A stretch of DNA of 34,460 nt from Chiloscyllium plagiosum (Eukaryota). The number at the start of each line of letters is the position of its first letter. Position 1 is the stretch's first letter. A model generated the notes under the pieces. The model did not search any database. It saw only the letters and a list, made by a program, of their open reading frames with translations, and was not told the origin of the DNA. The translations under genes were made by a program, and so were the position numbers. Location: positions 1 to 34,460 of the forward strand of contig NW_025214960.1 in assembly GCF_004010195.1 (NCBI RefSeq), read 5' to 3'. This document shows, in pieces, positions 1 through 9,420 of this stretch.

Positions 1-109
1 TTAACACAAAGCTGATTTATTTGATTGTAATCTGGAATATTAAAAATTTGCTTTCAGTCCTGAATGTGATGAGAAAAAAAGATCAATTGCTGTTGAGATC
101 CGTAAATTC

Positions 110-1060
110 TGCGCTCACTCAGCAGGGTACATGAGTGAGCTAACTGTTTTTCTCACATGCAGCAGGTAAATGCTTTCTGCCCAGTGAAAACTCGCTGGTG
201 TACTGAGTGTTGAGATAATCACCTGCACCTATTCTGGAATAAATACACTTGAAACGTATCTCATCTTGCAAAAATATCGATGGGACCTCAGTTCTAAAGA
301 GACTGGAGAGCACATCCCACAGACTAGCTATTTGATAGGTCTCTCCTCAATGTAAAGACGTTCAAGATAAACTGCCCCCAGGAACGTTTATAGTGATTAT
401 TGTATTTTCTCAGTGTGAACACGTTGATGACACGTTCGTACCCGAGGAACGGGTGCAGCACTTCCCGCAGTCTGGGCACTGAGAAAGACCTGTTAATACT
501 GTAAGGAAGTTCATGAGACATCCGGTGAATCGGACTTTTAAAGAAAGTCCCACACGTTTGGAATTGAATATGTCTTTCTTCGGGCGAGCACGTGGATCTG
601 ACGTCAGGTTCCTAGAAGTCTTAAAGGTCTCTTATTCATGTGAGCATATTTCTCAGAGATGAAGCACACAGAGTTTCGAGACCGTTTTCCGAAGTCTGGA
701 GAGATAAAAAGTTTCTCATGAGTATGAGCATGTTTTTGGGTTATCCAATCGCCGGATGATTTAAAACATTTCCCACAGTCCAGACATTGAAACTGTTTCT
801 CCTCATTGTGGAAAAGCAGGTGTCGCAGCAGGTCAAAGATGGAGTGAATCCCTTCCCACACTCTGAGCAGGTGAATGGTTTGTTCCTGGTATCATTGCAT
901 CCATGGGATTTCAGTTCAGATAGGGATATGTATCCCCACATTTCCATAGTCTTTCCTCAGTATGACTGCAATTGAGGTTTGTGAGCTCTGATGATAGGGA
1001 GAAACCTTGTCTACACCCACAATACGTGAACGATTTCTGTCCCATTGTTGCCAGAACTTT
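110..1060 (-). pseudogene. Degenerate C2H2 (Kruppel-type) zinc-finger array, roughly 10 fingers, frameshifted and with stops
   Basis: Minus-strand translations in shifting frames give KPFTCSECGKGF (ORF 741-947), FQCLDCGKCFKSSGDWITQKHAHTHEK (ORF 604-861), QCPDCGKC...HQRVHTEK (~405-485) and HQRVFTGQKAFTC (~160-200). These are C-x2-C and H-TGEKPF linker remnants, with many ligand residues lost. Confidence 0.85.
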
Positions 1061-1510
1061 TTCTTTCCACGTTGAAAATCTGATCAAGTTCTAATTGGGA
1101 AAAAATGCGCGACTTCATCAGATCATGGTGAAGAGGCTGGTTTATGAATATTCCCATTTTCATATCTTGCGAAATTGATGTTATACAAAGAAAGAGAGTG
1201 AGAAAGAGTCTTTCAAAAGACTCTGGATTCTGTCTGAAGTTGTGGGCTGAAGGTAAGGGATTTTCAACACCAAAGATTTGACCAGAATTTTATCAGAATG
1301 TTTCATTAACACAGCCTCCTTCACAGAGAATTAGCAGGTTAACAGGTGGATATGAACACCATTACCTCCCCGTTCCCACTCGGTCAAATAATGCTCTGAC
1401 TTATCTGACGTCCAGTCCTGTTGGAGCAGACATTTTTTTTACAATTGAGTGAGGGCAAAACTGAGGTATTTGTCTTCAATACCCAGCCCAAAATTCACTG
1501 CATCGCCACT

Positions 1511-2130
1511 TAGTGAGGAGTGTGATGCTGGAAAAGCACAGCAGGGCGGGCAGCATCCAAGGAGCAGGAGAATCGATACTTCGGGCAAGAGCTCTTCATC
1601 AGAAAGAGGCTTGTGAACCGAGGGGCTGGAGAAACAAATGGGAAGGGGTGTGGTTCCGGCAAGGTAGCTGAGAGTGTGATAAGTGGATGGACGTGGGGGT
1701 AATGGTGAAAGGTCGCAGAGCAGGGTGGAGAATAAAGTTGGGAAGGAAGATAGACAGATAGGACAGTTCAAGAGTGCGGTGGAAGCCCAGTACCTGCATT
1801 AACTTGGCTGAGAGGGAGGGAGAATTGACGTGTTCGGCCACGGGCCAGTTTTGTTATTTGTTGCGGGTATCCCGTAGGTATTTTCTGAAGTGGTCTGAAA
1901 TTTGGTATCCTGTCTCTTCAATGTAGAAGAGACTGCATCGGGAGCAATGGATACAGTAAATGTCATGTGTGGGAGTGCTGGTAAAATTCTGATGGATGTG
2001 GAAGGCTCCTTTCGAGTTGAGGGCAGAGGTGTGGGTGGAGGTTTTGCAAATCACGAGTTGGAATGAGAAGGTGCCGAGAGGGAAGGGTGGACATGACAAG
2101 GGGTTCGCGGAGGGAATGATCTTTACAGAA
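1511..2130 (-). mobile_element. Penelope-like element 3' fragment (GIY-YIG endonuclease + terminal repeat)
   Basis: ORF 1854-2438 ends FHIHQNFTSTPTHDIYCIHCSRCSLFYIEETGYQISDHFRKYLR, matching the PLE GIY-YIG pattern (IYCIxCxxCxxxYIGET). 1511-1606 is the typical shark PLE terminus (GCTGGAAAAGCACAGCAG...CTTCATCAG on +). Confidence 0.8.
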
Positions 2131-3086
2131 AGCTGATTCCTTTTGACGACCATCCGTCCTCTCAAATTCCCTCTCTGCTCTGGTCTAACTCCGTCTGCCT
2201 CTATTAAAGGATGTATTTGCGTTCTATTCAGTGTTTCATTGTTCCTTGTCTGAATAACATTTTTTTCCAACGCCCATTTTCCCAAACGTGCACTGCGACC
2301 TTCGCAGCCTTGTATTTCCACACGGGCTCCCACATGATGTAATGGAAGGAATTGTGGATTTTTCACCCAGTGATGTAATCCTGAGGTCTTCAAATAACTC
2401 TGCTGCATTTGGGAGAAATCACAACAAGTGTTGTTCACTCATCACCGGGTGGCTAATTTCCAAAGTTTTCATCATTTTCTGCAAATCTCTTGACAATCTT
2501 CACTCTATCACTGTCATGTCCTCCAGCAAATTCAAGAGGAGTTAGAGCTGTTCAATAAATGCCAACCCAGCCAACGGACATGTCGCCCAAGATTTTGTTT
2601 TAAAATGCACTCTCAGATATCTGCATTCCCTCGAATTCCCACCTCTGGAGTATGTTCGATTTGAACTGTTTCACGTTTGGTGCCTAAACGTCATCTACCA
2701 AGGCCATAAATTGTCAAATCCCTTCACTATATAAATTTCACACTGCTATAGGAAAAGAATTACTCACGAAATGATGAAGAAAAAACTGTAATACATGCTG
2801 AAATCAAGGGCAATTAATTGCTATCAATACTACATCGTGTCTTATACGAAATGGAAACTTCAAAGCTTTTCCTCTAGAGGGAGTTCAAACAAATTTTGAT
2901 CCCAGTCACATAATGAGATTTTGGAAAACTGACAAAGTATTATATCAAACAAGTGATCAAAAAAGTGTCTTTCAAGTCGTATTTTAAAACACAAAACGAA
3001 GCTTGAATCACAAACCAGGGATGACCGAATTTGTTCTGGTAGAGGTCATCATTTTTTGTCTGTTTTACAACGCTTTCCTTGTTGAT

Positions 3087-3159
3087 GGCTCCATAGCTCA
3101 GTGCCTAGGGTTGTGATTCTGTAAACTAGAGGTGGTGTGTTCGGTTCTTGCTGAATTTT
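3087..3159 (+). pseudogene. tRNA-Thr(TGT) pseudogene
   Basis: Begins GGCTCCATAGCTCAG, as vertebrate tRNA-Thr-TGT does. Anticodon TGT at 3120-3122 in TGTAAACTAG, and a GTTCG T-loop remnant. Acceptor and anticodon stems are disrupted. Confidence 0.75.
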
Positions 3160-4019
3160 CTTACAAGCATCCAAACGTGCGTTCTCCATGTTTTTTGGAA
3201 TTACCACTGATGGAACATCGCGAATTCATTTTCCCCACAGACCAGGCCTCATCCGTTTGAGTTTGGAAGTCCACGCCCGTGTTTCTCCTTCGAGGAGCAG
3301 GAGGCTGACAAGCTTCTGATGCAAAGAATGCTCGAGTTTGGCAGGAAGAACAACGTGACACTGTTGAACAGTAAATTAACAGAGAAACAGTGGGGGAGGA
3401 AAACTTTCACGGAAGCGGCTGAATGCTTCTGTTCGTTATGTAGCGACAGGAATCAAAATTAAACACGTAGGAGGCTGGAGGAGTACAGCTATCCAGACAA
3501 ACTAAAGCGGGGAGAAGTCAAGTTTAGCATGTAGCAATTATTCACGACTGGGCTAGTCCTCGAAGGACAGACTCCTGCCTGTTTACTCCTTTGCTTCGCT
3601 AAATAGACTCGAGTTTTAAAGTTTGAAGTGAAGGAAGAAGATGCCAAACGGTTCAAGTCCTAATTTTCTGAATGTTGGCCTCTCCTAAGGCCTTTGTCAT
3701 TCTCACAAGATGTTTCTGTATGGGTGAAAATGAGGTTCAGTTCTCCCGCAGGTCATGAACAAATTTAATGATATCTGACTTCAGTCTCATTCGTTGGTTC
3801 ATTTGAGATTAAACCTTTGCAGTGAAAGTATCTTTGAGATGAACACTTCAGACGTCAGTCTGCGGGAAGAGTACTGGAAACTGGAAATGGGAATGGATGG
3901 ATGTTTGATGACTGGCAGTGACATGATACATTATTCTATGCTGTAAATGCTGGGAGTCACGAACATATTTGTTGGAAGGACCTTTTCATCGAAGGAAAAA
4001 AAGCTATGCTATGATGACG

Positions 4020-4093
4020 TCCGAAATGTCGACTAGTGGTTATGATTCTGTGCTTTCACCCCTGTGGTTTGGGTTCATTTCCTCATCAGAGAA
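4020..4093 (+). pseudogene. tRNA-Glu(TTC) pseudogene
   Basis: CTAGTGGTTATGATTCTGTGCTTTCACCCCTGTGGTTTGGGTTCATTTCC...CAGAGAA is collinear with vertebrate tRNA-Glu-TTC. Anticodon loop CTTTCAC at 4053-4059. Stems are mismatched. Confidence 0.75.
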
Positions 4094-4195
4094 TCAAGAT
4101 TTATTGTTCCTGATAAGGACAACAAAAAAAGCAGAGCATCTCTGACAGGAATCGCATTTCACACGCGTCCGCACTTGCCTTGCAATATTGTTGCA

Positions 4196-4395
4196 GGGCA
4201 GCAAGGTGGCTCACAGGTTAGCACTGCTGCCTGACAGCGCCAGAGACATGTTTTGACTCCAACTGGGCCGACTGTCAGGAGCAAATGAAGAGTAATAGGG
4301 TAAAGAATTGTTCTGTGAGTTTTAATCCCTGCAGGGTCGGTCGCAATTTGTTGCATCGACGGGCCAGTTTCTGAACTGCAGGCATTCTATGATCC
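4196..4395 (+). mobile_element. HE1-type tRNA-derived SINE (elasmobranch), internally deleted
   Basis: Head GGGCAGCAAGGTGGCTCACAGGTTAGCACTGCTGCCTGACAGCGCCAGAGAC matches the HE1 SINE head. LINE-like tail ...GGGCC...ATTCTATGAT. Confidence 0.8.
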
Positions 4396-5311
4396 CTTAC
4401 TGTGCTGCTTTAGCACATGTTCAGAGAGGGGAGAAACGTGAGGAAAAACAATCCCTTCCCAGTCACGGATTGATCCATTGTGTGACAAACAACCGATTCA
4501 CCTGTGAATGAACTAAATCTCATCTCCCCGACACTGGCAATGGCAGTATAAACAATTAGAGTGGGTTTTAACGGGTTGCATTGGACCCAGCATCCTTTCT
4601 CAAGAGGGACTTTACCGGGGTATAAAGAGATGACAAAAGATATGGACGGCGATGACTGGAATCAAAAGACGTCAGGAAGAATGGACAGCGTTTATTTGGA
4701 AACAGAAAAATGTAAGGAAGGCAACGACATGCTGGGGGACTACGCGATGAGAAAAGCCAAGGCGGGGTTTCATGGGATGGTGGAACAGATGAATAGATCG
4801 TGTGGCGTGAAAGCAGGTAAAACTGAGTTGCGTCCATATGGAAGTTTTCTAGATGATGTGGATTTGATGAGAGTAAACAGGAAGGAAATTCACTCATTCA
4901 GATGGATCTATAACTAGAGTTTAGAAATTGAAATACAGCTATGAAAGATAAAGAAAAGTTTGGAGTATGTTTTTTCTTGTCATTCTAGTTATTCAAATCG
5001 AACATGTTTTTTTTATCTGGAAAAAACGTTTCTGAAGCTGAATTTAAAATATTTGTAAAGTCACGTGCAAACACACAAGGAGTGAATTTCACCGGGACAG
5101 GGAGTCTGGGTGGCTAGGATGTGTACGTTTTAGATGCACACTCTCCAATTGGTTAACATTAATTGGAAAGAAACCACATGCCACCTGCAACTGAGTACGA
5201 CTAAGTATAGCATGAGCTGAGTACGAGGAAAGTTTTAGCCGCTCTTTCTACGTGAACTTCTATAAATTGTAAAAGAACGGAGTTATTTGTGTTCACTCAG
5301 CATTAAAGTGA

Positions 5312-5480
5312 AGCCGGTTAGCTCATTCCGCTGCAGTACTGGTTTATAATTTAACGTGACGCCAAAATTTGGGATTAATTCTCGCAATGTCTCACCTTAC
5401 CATCGGGATCCTGATTTCCCCACTTACCTAATCCTTTCGACGATGGTTACAAGCAAAGTGAGATTACACTATAGTGAGTT
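5312..5480 (+). mobile_element. Highly degenerate tRNA-headed SINE or tRNA-Ile-like relic
   Basis: GCCGGTTAGCTCA A-box head followed by GTGACGCCAA and a weak B-box-like segment. Confidence 0.35.
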
Positions 5481-6027
5481 GGAACTGACCTGTCGATATA
5501 ACACACCTTTTTTTTTCATCTGTTGCCTTGGCCGCAATCACAGAGAAGAGAGTGAGTCTATTTGCTGTGCACCCATCTCCCCCCAAAATATCCAGCGACT
5601 AGATTTTGAAAAATGTTCCTATTTGAATCCTGTAATATTCATTGCATTACGTAAAAAAATCATTTCGATTCCAGTTTTTCCAACAACACTCAAAATGTCC
5701 AATGAAATAAATCTAATACTTTTTGGGTTGTTTTAATAGCCTGTGAGAAGTTGCACAAAATCAGTAATATGAATTAAGCGAAACATCCTTTCCAGAATTT
5801 AACACAGCGCAGGATCAGCGATGTGAAAAACGTCAGCGACTTCAAACGTCACCTTTGTATCTCTATTGAGAGATCGATATACACTCAGAGAGTATTTCTG
5901 GCTGGTCTTAAGTAACTGAGGTATTTATCAAGGGCAGGACTCTCCCCAAAATCATAAGTTGTTGTTTGTTTAGAATAAATGCCGTTTTACTTAATGTTCT
6001 TTTGCAACTTTTAAATACATGTGCGCA

Positions 6028-6080
6028 CATATATATATATGTATATACATATATGTGTGTGTGTGTGTGTGTGTGTATGT
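6028..6080. repeat. Compound (AT)n/(GT)n microsatellite
   Basis: Direct reading: atatatatatat...gtgtgtgtgtgtgtgtgtgtgt. Confidence 0.95.
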
Positions 6081-6102
6081 ACGTGAATTCAGAAAATTAG
6101 GA

Positions 6103-7020
6103 ATGGATGGCCGTGCCATTTGAACGTTCTTTCTGTAGAATGTGGGAGGTAAGAGTCTTCAATAATGTCCCTGATATCCACATTTATGCGACGTGCGCCC
6201 AATTCCAGCTCCTCGGCAACTGCGTTAGGGAACTGGAGCTGGATGTCCGATAATTCGGGAGTTCGAAGGGAACTGATAGGCATTATAGGGAGGCAGTAAC
6301 AATTCATGTACAAGAAAAAGGTCGATGGGATACAGTCGGGAGATGAAAAGGGAACAGGCAGACAATGCAGGCATCCGCTGTGGCCGTGACCCTCAGCACC
6401 AAGTAAACCGGATTTGTCATTTTTAGGGGGATGATTTACGAGGGATCAGCGATGGGTTACAAGTCCCTGACACAGTATTTGTCCCTGTTGATCAGAGGAG
6501 TAGGGGACAGAGGAGGAGAGCATTAGTTATTGGGGACTCCATAGTGAGGGGGACAGATTGCAGATTCTGTGGGCGCACTCATGATTGGTGTGCTGTCTCC
6601 CAACTACCAGGGTTTTTGATGTCTCACATCCTGTCTTCAGGATCCTTAAGTGGGAAGAGGAGCAGTCCCAAGTCATGGTCCACATATGCACCAATAACAT
6701 AGGTAAGAAAAGTGACGTGGATGTATTGCAGAAATTCAGGGATGTAGGGTGCCATCTTAGATCTAGATCAAACAGAGTTGTTCTCTCTGATTGGTTACCC
6801 ATGCCAACTCGTAGTGAGGTGAAGAATAGGGAGAGAGCAGTTGAACATGTGGTTACAAGGATGATGCAGGAGGGAGGAATTCGGATTCCTGGATAGTTGG
6901 GGCTCATTCTGGAGTCGGTGGAACCTCTACAAACAGGATGGTCTTCACTTGAACCAGAAGGATAGAAATAACCTGTAGGGATAAGATTCTATTGCTCTTC
7001 ATGAGAGTTTGAACGAATTC
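6103..7020 (+). pseudogene. CR1 ORF1 remnant (zinc-finger/leucine zipper + SGNH esterase domain)
   Basis: GDS, TNN and DGLH esterase blocks across frames, partly in ORF 6585-6896. Confidence 0.85.
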
Positions 7021-7338
7021 AGCAGCGCCGTGGGAACCTGAATTGAAGCTCCCGTTTGCAGAAGGTTGTGAGTGATTAGGTCATGAATAGATTTTCAGCT
7101 TTACAAGAGTGGACTGGCAAGGATGAAGCTGGTTTGAAGTGTGTCTACTTCAACGCCATCTGGGATAAGGTAGGTGTCATGGGTTGTTACCTGTGACTTC
7201 GATGTTGTGGCCATTTCAGAGACATCAATGGAGCACTGAAAGGAATGTTTTTTTCTGGTACCTCCGTTTTGATTTTTCAGTAAAAAGAGGAAGGTCGTTA
7301 CAGAGGGGGCGATGTGGCATTATTAGTCAACGACAGCA

Positions 7339-8166
7339 CTATGGTAGCAGAAAGGATATTTGATGAGTTCTCTACTGAATCTGCTGAATGAGCATAGGCT
7401 GAGATTAGAATCAGGAAAGGAGAGGTCACCACCAAAATATTCTAGAGATATGGAGGAAAAGATTGCAAGGATGATTCTGGATAGGCAAGAAAGTAACAGG
7501 GTAGTTGTTATGGGGAACATTATCTTTCCAAATATGAATTTGAAACTCATATTTGAAAGCCACGAAACGCCACGACCAGCTATCCTTAGTAGCCACACAC
7601 GCAGACGACAAGCAACATGAATTCGACTGGGACAATACTACCATTATAAGGCAAGCCAAGCAAAGAACAACCAGGGAATTCCTAGAAGCATGGCACTCAT
7701 CCACAAACTCCATCAACAAACACATCAACCAATATACCGAACACTACAGAGGACAGCTGAAACTGACAACCGGAAGCGGCAGGGACAGGCCACTATAAAT
7801 GCCAGAGGAAACACCACAGAAGCGCTTCACAGGAGGCTCCTAAGCACTGAGGATGTCACCTAGACAGGGGACGAAACAGTTGCAACAAACATTTCCAGCT
7901 CGGCGAACAGAACCACAACAACGAGCACCCGAGCTACCAATCTTCACCGAAACTTTGAATTTCAAATTCATATTTGGAAAGATAATGTTCCCCATAACAA
8001 CTACCCTGTTACTTTCTTTCCTATCCAAAATCATCTTTGCAATCTTTTCCTCCATATCTCTAGAATATTTTGGTGGTGACCTCTCCTTTCCTGACTCTAA
8101 TCTCAGCCTATTCTCAATAAGCAGATTCAGTAGAGACCTCATCAAATATCCTTTCTGCTACCATAG
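7339..8166. repeat. ~207 bp inverted repeat (7339-7545 vs 7960-8166)
   Basis: 7960-8166 is the reverse complement of CR1 sequence 7339-7545 with about 8 substitutions. This explains the near-identical ORF pairs 7360-7620(+)/7840-8145(-) and 7323-7598(-)/7853-8548(+). Confidence 0.95.
7844..7883 (+). ncRNA. Minimal type I hammerhead ribozyme motif, mutated cleavage site
   Basis: GCA-CTGAGGA-T-GTCACCT-AGAC-AGGGGAC-GAAAC-AGT-TGC. The core boxes are intact but AGT replaces the GTT triplet found in the second copy. Confidence 0.65.
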
Positions 8167-8944
8167 GGAAGCCACACACAGAGACCAAGTCCTGAACTGT
8201 GAAAGCAACCACCCCAACACACACAAACGAAGTTGCGTCAAGACACTATTCAAAAGGACCACAACACACTGCAGCACACTAGAACTGCAAAAAGAGGAAG
8301 AAGAACACCTGTACAAGGTATTCGCCAAAAAGGGATACCTGCGCAATTTCATCAACAGATGCCTAAGGGAAAGACAACGGAACGAGGACATGCCGCAACC
8401 CAAAGGACTAGCCACACTACCATACATCAGGAGCATTTCAGAACTGACAGCCAGACTACTGCGACCACTAGGACTTATAACAGCACACAAACCAACAGCC
8501 ACCCTCAGACAACAACTACCAGAACGAAGGACCCGATACCCAGCATGAGCAAAACTAATGTAGTGTATAAAATCCCATGCAAGGACTGCACAAAACACTA
8601 TACAGGACAAACAGGATGACAGGGAACGATCCGCATACATGAACATCAACTAGCCACGAAACTCCACGACCAGCTATCCTTTGTAGCCACACACGCAGAC
8701 GACAAGCAACATGAATTCGACAGGGACAACACTACCATTATAGGGCAAGCCAATCAAAGAACAGCCAGGGAATTCCTAGAAGCATGGCACTCATCCACAA
8801 ACTCCATCAACAAACACATCGACCTGGACTCAATATACCGGCCACTACAGCAGACAGCTGAAACTGATAACCGGAAGCGGCAGGGACAGGCCACTATAAA
8901 TGCCAGAGGAAACACCACAGAAGCGCTTCACAGGAGGCTCCCAA

Positions 8945-8984
8945 GCACTGAGGATGTCACCTAGACAGGGGACGAAACGTTTGC
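8945..8984 (+). ncRNA. Minimal type I hammerhead ribozyme motif (PLE-associated), core intact
   Basis: GCA (stem I) - CUGAGGA (8948-8954) - U - stem II GUCACCU/AGGGGAC with AGAC loop - GAAAC (8974-8978) - GUU (NUH triplet) - UGC (stem I'). Palindromic AAACGUUU stem III. Confidence 0.8.
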
Positions 8985-9185
8985 AACAAAAATTTCCAGC
9001 TCGGCGAACAGAACCACAACAATGAATTTGAAATGTTATCGTTTGAGTACCTCTGTTGGGTCAGTTTTTGTCCAATGTTTGCAGGAGGGTTTCCTGGCGC
9101 AGCATGTAGACAGATCAACAATAAGCAAAGTCACATTGGATTTGGTACTGCGTAATGAACCAAGCCAGTTGTTCGATTCGGAGGT

Positions 9186-9420
9186 AAAGGGCAACTTTTT
9201 CACGCAGAGGGTGGTACGTGTATGAAATGAGCTGCCAGAGGAAGTGGTGGAGGCTGGAACAATTGCAACACTTAAGAGGCATTTGGATGGATATATGAAG
9301 AGTAAGGGTTTGGAGTGATATGGCAGGTGGGACTAGATTGGGTTGGGATATCTGGACGACATGGACGGGTTTGACCGAAGGGTCTGTTTCCATGCTGTAC
9401 ATCTCTATGACACTATGACT
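9186..9420 (+). mobile_element. 5'-truncated younger CR1 3' end nested in the older CR1 ORF2
   Basis: KGNFFTQRVVRV*NELPEEVVEAGTIATLKRHLDGY is the CR1 ORF2 C-terminus. It is followed by the 3' UTR, ending in the short tandem tail CTATGACACTATGACT. Confidence 0.9.

Larger units (their letters stand above)
7546..9021 (+). mobile_element. Compound Penelope-like element (Poseidon-like) insertion: terminal repeat 7558-7959, inverted target copy, 5'-truncated element 8167-9021
   Basis: 8167-8870 translates as a PLE RT C-terminus (THRDQVLNCESNHP, LPYIRSISE) plus GIY-YIG (VVYKIPCKDCTKHYTGQTG...RIHEH...REFLEAWHS). 7558-7921 directly repeats 8652-9021. The 12-bp target-site duplication ATGAATTTGAAA lies at 7534-7545 and 9022-9033. 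Confidence 0.92.

Noticed and set aside
1854..2438. 194-aa ORF as a gene
   Set aside because: Only the C-terminal part is PLE GIY-YIG remnant. The rest appears to be fortuitously open flank.
7853..8548. Longest ORF (231 aa) as a novel gene
   Set aside because: It is a chimera of PLE terminal repeat, antisense CR1 inverted copy and PLE RT C-terminus, and it frameshifts before the GIY-YIG domain.
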